From: an uncultured Coriobacteriaceae bacterium
GTDB taxonomy: Bacteria; Actinomycetota; Coriobacteriia; Coriobacteriales; CADBOM01
Assembly: GCA_902796325.1 (NCBI GenBank)
Contig: CADBOM010000141.1
Span: forward strand, 1 to 44,528
Reading direction: 5' to 3'
DNA length: 44,528 bases
A program made the position numbers and the translations under genes. The notes beneath the pieces were generated by a model, which was not told the origin of the DNA, searched no databases, and saw only the letters and a list, made by a program, of their open reading frames with translations. Below, one piece after another: positions 26,170-32,269 of the stretch; the stretch's first letter is position 1; each line of letters begins with the position of its first letter.

Positions 26170-27232
26170 ACCAAATGGCACCCAGATGCTGGAGAGCGTT
26201 CTCAAGGTTCTCCCGGGTCTGGAGAAAAAATACGTTTCGTATGAGGAACTCGCGCAGAAGATGGGATGCAGTGTGGAAGATGCGATCGGAACGATTGCAG
26301 ACCTGAGCGACAGCGAGTCAAACAACACTGCGATGGACTTCTATGTTCTCAGCGCCGAAGATGCAATGCGCGAGCTGGCTGCAGGCAACGGAAAAGATAC
26401 CGACGCGCTCGCGCCCCTCACGAAAAGCGGAGGAATAGCGATTGGCAGAAGCTTGGGAATCTTCTCCCGCCCGCCGAGGCTCACCGTGGAGGAAAGCCAG
26501 GCTCTTATATCTGCCCTCGATTACGCAAAGATCCCAAACGATGCCTCAATTCGAAAAACCTTGGGAAAAAGCGTGATGCCCACGTCAATGCAGAGCAGAG
26601 ACGCCATGCAGGTTTACATCTCGAGTGCCGAAGACTACACGATTCTCAGAAACCTTTCGCTTCTATGCAAGCAGAACAGGCTGGCCAGCATCGAATACGT
26701 GTCCGCCAGCGACAGCGTTGACGATGTGGGGAATATCAAACCGCGAAAAATAGCTCCGCAACAGCTTTACACGCAGGAGAACGGCGAAGTCTACCTGTCG
26801 GCATACTGCTACACCAACGAGGAGATGCGCACCTTCAAGGTGGCCAGGATACTCTCGCTCGATCCCTTGCCGGAACACTCCAGCAAAGACGTGAGGAGTC
26901 TTGCCAGCGACAAGGAGCTCATAGACGAAGATGCCCCGTTGGCAAAGCTGGAGATGAATGCAGGACAGTGCATTGACGATCGTGTTTGGATTAAGTCGAA
27001 GGTCGAGGAGAACCCCGATGGCAGCAAAACAGCCACACTGCCTTTGCAGGAGAACACCACCTGGATAGCCAAGCATATAGTTGCAAGGCTTGGCGAAATG
27101 AGGGTATCGGAGCCCGAAAGCCTTCGGGTGGAAGTTAGGGGTTACGCAAAATTCCTGCAGGAAGATATTGCAAAGATGCGAGAAGAGCTCGCAGTATCTT
27201 CGGATAGAGCCACAGCTTCATCGTCCGAATAG
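26162..27232 (+). CDS. HTH-WYL domain transcriptional regulator (PafC-like)
   Basis: ORF 26108..27232 trimmed to the ATG at 26162 (MARPNGTQMLESVLKVLPGLEKKYVSYEELAQKMG...). The WYL region is ASIEYVSAS...PRKIAPQQLYTQENGEVYLSAYCYTNEEMRTFKVARI. The start overlaps the upstream stop (ATGGCTAG, 8-nt overlap). Confidence 0.8.
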   Translation: MARPNGTQMLESVLKVLPGLEKKYVSYEELAQKMGCSVEDAIGTIADLSDSESNNTAMDFYVLSAEDAMRELAAGNGKDTDALAPLTKSGGIAIGRSLGIFSRPPRLTVEESQALISALDYAKIPNDASIRKTLGKSVMPTSMQSRDAMQVYISSAEDYTILRNLSLLCKQNRLASIEYVSASDSVDDVGNIKPRKIAPQQLYTQENGEVYLSAYCYTNEEMRTFKVARILSLDPLPEHSSKDVRSLASDKELIDEDAPLAKLEMNAGQCIDDRVWIKSKVEENPDGSKTATLPLQENTTWIAKHIVARLGEMRVSEPESLRVEVRGYAKFLQEDIAKMREELAVSSDRATASSSE

Positions 27233-27313
27233 CAGCAAGCTAACGGCACGCCCGGTGCATTCGCCTCGCAAGAAAAGCCGATCAAGTAAGCCAATTGACT
27301 CGGTTCAGACAAT

Positions 27314-27352
27314 TAAAAAAAGCGGCTGGTCGGTTACTTCCAGCCGCTTTTT
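27314..27352. terminator. Strong bidirectional intrinsic terminator
   Basis: AAAAAAAGCGGCTGG-tcggttactt-CCAGCCGCTTTTT: a 9-bp GC-rich stem (27321-27329 / 27340-27348) flanked by A7 and T5. Confidence 0.8.
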
Positions 27353-27390
27353 CGCGAGATTCATAGGCGGTTACAATCTGCCTTTCAACT
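27314..27390 (-). ncRNA. Candidate small RNA (~75 nt) defined only by an orphan promoter and the terminator
   Basis: On the minus strand, TTGAAT-18 nt-TATAAT (27397-27426) is followed about 45 nt later by the 27321-27348 hairpin and a T7 run. No credible ORF or SD lies between them. Confidence 0.3.
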
Positions 27391-27396
27391 AAGCAA

Positions 27397-27426
27397 ATTA
27401 TACGAAATCCCTATTCTTTAATTCAA
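27397..27426 (-). promoter_or_regulatory. Candidate orphan sigma70-type promoter
   Basis: The minus strand reads TTGAAT (27421-27426), an 18-nt spacer, then TATAAT (27397-27402), in an AT-rich convergent intergenic region. Confidence 0.35.
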
Positions 27427-27560
27427 GACAAAGTGCGCAAATTTTTGTTAAATGTGTGCATTTTTTGAATTTAAAGACTTTTCAAATTTCATGAGCCTTT
27501 CTACAAGAAAGCATCACAGGCAAGTCCTACACGCGCGAATCCTGCGCGCTGCACACGATG

Positions 27561-27620
27561 CACGTTGGCATGCCGCACGTTGACATGCCGCACACGGGCG
27601 GGCCTCACACGGGCATGCTA
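27561..27620. repeat. Four 15-bp degenerate tandem units abutting the amrS stop codon
   Basis: cacgttggcatgccg / cacgttgacatgccg / cacacgggcgggcct / cacacgggcatgcta. The last unit ends with the stop codon (cta at 27618-27620). A partial unit lies upstream at 27547-27560. Confidence 0.85.
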
Positions 27621-28514
27621 CACATTTCCAAGCTCGACGTTCTCCAAATAGCGCCTGGCCACCTTTTCGAGCTTCTTCATGGTCTTTATCGGAGTGGGCA
27701 GAATATCCAGCAGTTTGTAACGTGGAAAAAACCTGGTTATATGCAGTGGGATCTCACTGTCCACGCTGGCAATCCACCTGGCTTCGCCGTCCATCTCGTC
27801 CTCGGAATCATTCCATCCGGGTATGACCAGCGTGGTTATCTCCACATGGCAAGAGTCCGCGTAGATCTCTACGGCTTCCTTCAGGGTGTCGAGTCCCTTG
27901 GGAGCTCCCACCTTGTCGTAGAAATCCTGCGTGAACGCCTTGATGTCAATATTCGCTGCATCAACGTAGGGCACCATCTTCCGCAGGGGCTCCGCGTTCA
28001 TGTAGCCGTTCGTTACCATAACGTTGAGCATCCCGGATTCGTGGATGGCCGGCATGGCATCCATCAGATACTCATACCCCACCCCGGGCTCGTTGTAGGT
28101 ATAGGCAACCCCGATGTTCCCTCGGCTTTCATACTTCTTGGCAAGAGCAACCAGGTCGTCCACACCCACAAAGCGCGATATATCACGGCCCGCGGCACCG
28201 CGAATCATCGAAATGCTGCTGTTCTGGCAAAACGGGCAGCTGAGGTTGCAACCATAGCTTCCAACCGAGAGGACCAACGACCCAGGGTGAAAATGCGAGA
28301 GTGGCTTTTTCTCGATTGGATCGAGAGCGATGCCGGTCATGTACCCGTAGTTATGCGAAATCACATTGCCATCCACGCATGTCCTAGCCCCGCAGAATCC
28401 AAGACCGCCCTCCGGTATGGAGCAGTTTCGAGGACACAGTCTGCACTCGCACATGTCATCGCACCCGTGCAAACCGCCGGCCATGTCACCTCGCTTGTCC
28501 ATGCCATCCGACAT
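27618..28514 (-). CDS. amrS: AmmeMemoRadiSam system radical SAM enzyme
   Basis: 298 aa. C-x-x-C-P-x-x-C (CRLCPRNC), GFCG and the radical SAM motif GSYGCNLSCPFCQN are present. IALDPIEKKPLSHFHPGS is characteristic of this family. Confidence 0.88.
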   Translation of the reverse strand: MSDGMDKRGDMAGGLHGCDDMCECRLCPRNCSIPEGGLGFCGARTCVDGNVISHNYGYMTGIALDPIEKKPLSHFHPGSLVLSVGSYGCNLSCPFCQNSSISMIRGAAGRDISRFVGVDDLVALAKKYESRGNIGVAYTYNEPGVGYEYLMDAMPAIHESGMLNVMVTNGYMNAEPLRKMVPYVDAANIDIKAFTQDFYDKVGAPKGLDTLKEAVEIYADSCHVEITTLVIPGWNDSEDEMDGEARWIASVDSEIPLHITRFFPRYKLLDILPTPIKTMKKLEKVARRYLENVELGNV

Positions 28515-28515
28515 G

Positions 28516-29934
28516 CTACTCGTGCCTAACCACCTCGAAGCGCTCCATGGTAAAGCGGCTTCTCTCGCTAATCCCAGCTTTCTGCAAGGCTATCCTGATC
28601 TGCTGCTCTGGACTCTCAACGCCGGGGATGTCCGGAAGCAGCAACCCCCTCTTGTTGCCAGATGTCACGATTACCCCGTATTTCTTAACGTCAAGCTCTT
28701 CGGCGCTGTCGATAGGCTCGGCCTCGCCCAGAACATCCACGTTAACATCGAGATAGTCCAGGTCTTCCGGCTTTATTGGGGCAAACCGAGGGTCTCTCGA
28801 GCACGCGCTCACCGCGTTTTGGACGATCTCGCCTGCAAGGCTTCTCTGCGTTGCGGAAATCGTGCCGATGCATCCGCGCAGCCTGCCGTGCTCGTGAATC
28901 GACACGAATGCGCCGGCCTGCTGATTGCTCAAGCCATCGGCAACCTCCGGATGGTTGCGCAGGAACTCCCTAACCTCGGGGCTGTCACCTTCGAGCGAAG
29001 CCCCGTCCTCCACATAGGACCTTATCGATAGCCTGGCCAAGCTCACATATGGATCTTCGGAATCCTCGGCCTCTGCAACCTTGGCCTTTTCCTTCTCGAG
29101 GTAAACCTCGTCGAAATGCCTGGAGTCGTCCAACCCCACGGTCTCGATAATCGCAGTCGCATACCCAACGCCGAACGGACCTTCGTGCGACAGCAGCTCG
29201 GGCTCGACGGCCACGCCATCGAGCGCTCCCGCCATCTCGATAAACGACCTATGGCCGCATTCGCCGGCAGCCTCGCACATCACCTGGTCGAACTCCATCA
29301 TGTCCTCGAAGTCGCCCGATGCTATGTCCTTTGTAATGCGGTCGTCGAACACGGGGCCCGACGGATTAAACCCGTATGGGCCGTCTTCGAGCAGCCTGTG
29401 CGAAAGATCTCCGCTGGCGAGAACCACGGTTCTGCGGCCAAGGTCGTTGGACACCTGCTGGATCAGTTTTCCAAAGCGGTAATGGTCGATGAACGGAAGG
29501 CCCGAAATCGAGCATCTGATTATCTTGTAATCCTGGTACTGCTGTTCCACGAAATAGAGCGGGACCAAGGTGCCGTGGTCTAGATGCTCGTCCTTCTCCC
29601 CCATCGTTCCAGCGGGAAAACCCGAGTCTTGTGCGGCTTTCTCCAGCTTCTGCACGAACTCGAAATCGTAGTTCTTCTTGATCTTCACCTGGGACGCGCC
29701 GAACTTGCCCATGTTTCCCACGGCCCTGCGGCCCGGCGAGATGTGGATGTAATCGGAATACATAACCGAGTGCGGAGATATGACCACTATGGTTTCCGGG
29801 GCCAGTTGGGCTATGCGGCGCGCTACTTTTTTGTATCCTTCGAGCGTGCTCGAGATTCCCTGCTCCTGACCTTTGCCAACCTCTGGAATTGCCAGCGGCG
29901 GGTGAGGCAATACGAATGCTCCGACTATAGCCAT
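28516..29934 (-). CDS. Fusion of a class III extradiol dioxygenase (LigB)-like domain with an AMMECR1 domain (AmmeMemoRadiSam protein A-type)
   Basis: 472 aa with AGGAGG upstream. The N-terminal ~270 aa are LigB-like (MAIVGAFVLPHPPLAIPEVG..., VISPHS, LASGDLSH). The C-terminal ~190 aa are AMMECR1 (GAFVSIHEHGRLRGCIGTI..., RDPRF, GLLLP). The stop is separated from the amrS ATG by 1 nt. Confidence 0.85.
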   Translation of the reverse strand: MAIVGAFVLPHPPLAIPEVGKGQEQGISSTLEGYKKVARRIAQLAPETIVVISPHSVMYSDYIHISPGRRAVGNMGKFGASQVKIKKNYDFEFVQKLEKAAQDSGFPAGTMGEKDEHLDHGTLVPLYFVEQQYQDYKIIRCSISGLPFIDHYRFGKLIQQVSNDLGRRTVVLASGDLSHRLLEDGPYGFNPSGPVFDDRITKDIASGDFEDMMEFDQVMCEAAGECGHRSFIEMAGALDGVAVEPELLSHEGPFGVGYATAIIETVGLDDSRHFDEVYLEKEKAKVAEAEDSEDPYVSLARLSIRSYVEDGASLEGDSPEVREFLRNHPEVADGLSNQQAGAFVSIHEHGRLRGCIGTISATQRSLAGEIVQNAVSACSRDPRFAPIKPEDLDYLDVNVDVLGEAEPIDSAEELDVKKYGVIVTSGNKRGLLLPDIPGVESPEQQIRIALQKAGISERSRFTMERFEVVRHE

Positions 29935-30124
29935 GCTAAACCTCCTAGCCGAAAAAATGAGTACAACCCGATGATAACGCCCTCAAAACCCGTATGCAGA
30001 GCCGGACGTAAAACATGGGTTAAAATGTTCACGGAATTAATTTTGCATTCGTTCCAAGTAGACTTCGCGCAAGTTTTCGCGCGGCGGACATCACCGACAA
30101 AGGTTTCCGACAACAGGAGGAGCA

Positions 30125-30973
30125 ATGTACGAGAAATACTTTTGCAGGGCAGGAGATGGAGAGTTTCCAAAGGACCTTCCGGGCGTAGCAGATGGATCGC
30201 GCAGGCCGATACTCTATATGGACGCATCGGTAATTCCCGATGCAACTTTCCTGTTCGAGTGCAGCTGGCTGATGAAGCCGTTCGATGAGGGTGTTCTCAC
30301 TGCAAACGATAATGACGCCATGATTTTCATGTATGGTCCAGACCGCAACGATCCGGAGAACCTGCACGGAACCGTCGAGTTCACGATGGACAACGACGTT
30401 CATACCATCACCGAAACCGCGGCAATCTATGTTCCCGCTGGGTGCGCGCACAAGCTCAAGGTCGTAAGCGTAGACCACCCGATTGCATACTGCTACTGCG
30501 AGTTTGCCCCCAAGCCTACCCGCAAACCTGCAGAAGCCACCGCACCGAAGGGCACCTATGCAAAACACGTCGTTTACCGCTATGAGCCATCGAGCGGAAT
30601 TATCCCCGAGGGCCCAGAGGGATTCCTGCAGCTCCTCATCTGGATGGCGGGCGACAAGGTGGAGGGCGCTCCCTATCTGGAGCTTTGCCGTTTTATGACC
30701 GTGAATCTCACCGGCCCGGAAGAGCATATTCACGACAACCCCGAGTTCATCGGATTCCTCGGAACGGACCCAGAGAACCCCGGAGACCTTGGGGCAGAGG
30801 TCCACTTCTTCCTTGGCGGCGAGGACATCGCCACAACGAAGAGCACGGTTATCTACGTGCCCGGAAACGTTGCCCACAGCCCAATCATCGTGCCTGCCCT
30901 CGACAGGGAGATAATCCACTTCTCCGGCTCCCCTGCAAGCGAGTACATTCGCAAGAGTGTGGACGACAAGTAG
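30125..30973 (+). CDS. Hypothetical protein with an internally duplicated cupin-like module (bicupin-like)
   Basis: 282 aa with AGGAGGAG upstream. The two halves align by eye: NDNDAMIFMYGPDRNDPENLHGTVEFTMDNDVHTITETAAIYVPAGCAH versus HDNPEFIGFLGTDPENPGDLGAEVHFFLGGEDIATTKSTVIYVPGNVAH. Confidence 0.7.
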   Translation: MYEKYFCRAGDGEFPKDLPGVADGSRRPILYMDASVIPDATFLFECSWLMKPFDEGVLTANDNDAMIFMYGPDRNDPENLHGTVEFTMDNDVHTITETAAIYVPAGCAHKLKVVSVDHPIAYCYCEFAPKPTRKPAEATAPKGTYAKHVVYRYEPSSGIIPEGPEGFLQLLIWMAGDKVEGAPYLELCRFMTVNLTGPEEHIHDNPEFIGFLGTDPENPGDLGAEVHFFLGGEDIATTKSTVIYVPGNVAHSPIIVPALDREIIHFSGSPASEYIRKSVDDK

Positions 30974-31012
30974 TCTTTTTGAAAAGACATCAACAAAGAC
31001 ATGCAATAACAA

Positions 31013-31043
31013 GGGGCTCCGTCTTTCATCGAGACGGAGCCCC
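31013..31043. terminator. Hairpin between the convergent bicupin gene and recR
   Basis: GGGGCTCCGTCT-ttcatcg-AGACGGAGCCCC is a perfect 12-bp stem. On the minus strand it is followed by TTGTTATT. Confidence 0.6.
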
Positions 31044-31149
31044 TGCTGTTGGTTGAGATACCCGTGCGGTTCGATTTGCGTCGAGAGGGATTGGCGCATG
31101 CCTGGTGCATTGCTCGGAGTGAGCTCTGCACCACGCTCCCACCCTGCGG

Positions 31150-31746
31150 CTACACCTCGCGTCTTGCCTCGATTGCCCTGCCCAACGTAATCTCGTCGGC
31201 ATATTCAAGATCGCCGCCAACCGGTAGGCCGCTGGCCAGCCTTGTAACCTTAACCCCCAAGGGCTTTATCAGCTTGGCAATGTAGATGGCCGTTGTCTCG
31301 CCCTCAACGTTGGGATTCGTGGCCATTATCACTTCCTTGACGGTGTCGTCGGACAACCTCCCGATAAGCTCGGTGATGTTCAGATCGTCTGGCGCCACAC
31401 CATCCATTGGCGAAATAGCCCCGCCAAGAACATGGTAGAGACCGTTGTACTCGTGGGTACGCTCTATTGACGTGATGTCCTTGGGCTCGCACACCACGCA
31501 TATGGTGGAGCGGTCGCGCCTGTCGTCATTGCAGATGCTGCAAAGGTCGCCTTCGGCGTAGTTGAAGCATACCGGGCAAAAATGCACCATGCCCTTCACA
31601 TCGATTATGGCATTAGCGAGAGACTCTGCGCTCTCCTTGGACCCGTTGAGAATCCAGTAAACTATGCGTTGCGCAGATTTTGGCCCGATACCAGGCAGCC
31701 TCTCGAATTCGTCGAGCAGGTGCTGTATCGCCATGGACTGTTGCAT
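31150..31746 (-). CDS. recR: Recombination protein RecR
   Basis: LLDEFERLPGIGPKSAQRIVYW (HhH), the CPVC...CSIC zinc finger and the Toprim segment ICVVCEPKD. Confidence 0.95.
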   Translation of the reverse strand: MQQSMAIQHLLDEFERLPGIGPKSAQRIVYWILNGSKESAESLANAIIDVKGMVHFCPVCFNYAEGDLCSICNDDRRDRSTICVVCEPKDITSIERTHEYNGLYHVLGGAISPMDGVAPDDLNITELIGRLSDDTVKEVIMATNPNVEGETTAIYIAKLIKPLGVKVTRLASGLPVGGDLEYADEITLGRAIEARREV

Positions 31747-31832
31747 CGTTTGATTTGCCCTTCTTAAATTGCCCTATTATCAGAGAGCCGCGGTATACGA
31801 CCTTCGGCATACGGCCCTCGATATACACCCTA

Positions 31833-31853
31833 CATACGCCATACGACATACGC
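31833..31853. repeat. CATACG(C/A) heptamer x3 in perfect tandem, with dispersed relatives nearby
   Basis: catacgc catacga catacgc at 31833-31853. Similar tatacga (31794) and catacgg (31808) occur in the ybaB-recR spacer. Confidence 0.85.
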
Positions 31854-31887
31854 TCCACGAACTGGGGTTTTGCAGAACCGCCAGCTG

Positions 31888-32202
31888 TTACATCATGCCT
31901 GGAATGTTCAACCCGCCGGTGATGGCATTCATGCGGTCGTTGGTCGTGGTTTCGGCATCTTCGATCGCTCCGTTAACAGCAGCCACAATCATGTCCTGCA
32001 GAATCTCAACATCGTCGGGGTCGACAGCCTCTGGGTCTATCTTCAATGAGACCAGACGCATATTTCCCTTCACGGTAGCCTCAACCGCACCACCGCCGGC
32101 AGTGGCAGTGAACTCCTGCTCGGCAACCTCTTGCTGAGCCTTGGTCATCTGCTCCTGCATCTTGCGGGCTTGCTTCATCATCCTGTTCATGTCCATTGCC
32201 AT
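31888..32202 (-). CDS. ybaB: Nucleoid-associated protein YbaB/EbfC
   Basis: 104 aa: MNRMMKQARKMQEQMTKAQQEVAEQEF...GGGAV...VKGN..., in the conserved position between dnaX and recR. Confidence 0.92.
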   Translation of the reverse strand: MAMDMNRMMKQARKMQEQMTKAQQEVAEQEFTATAGGGAVEATVKGNMRLVSLKIDPEAVDPDDVEILQDMIVAAVNGAIEDAETTTNDRMNAITGGLNIPGMM

Positions 32203-32269
32203 GGTGAGTCCTTCCGTCTATTGTGCATTGCCCTATGCGAACGCTGCGCCAACTCTGGTTGTGCGCTTC

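Noticed and set aside
27558-28529. 323-aa plus-strand ORF
   Set aside because: It is antisense to amrS, whose radical SAM motifs are clear. It starts inside the 15-bp tandem array.
30029-31099. 356-aa minus-strand ORF
   Set aside because: It is antisense to the bicupin-like gene, which has a strong SD and an internal duplication. It also runs across the convergent terminator hairpin. No motifs.
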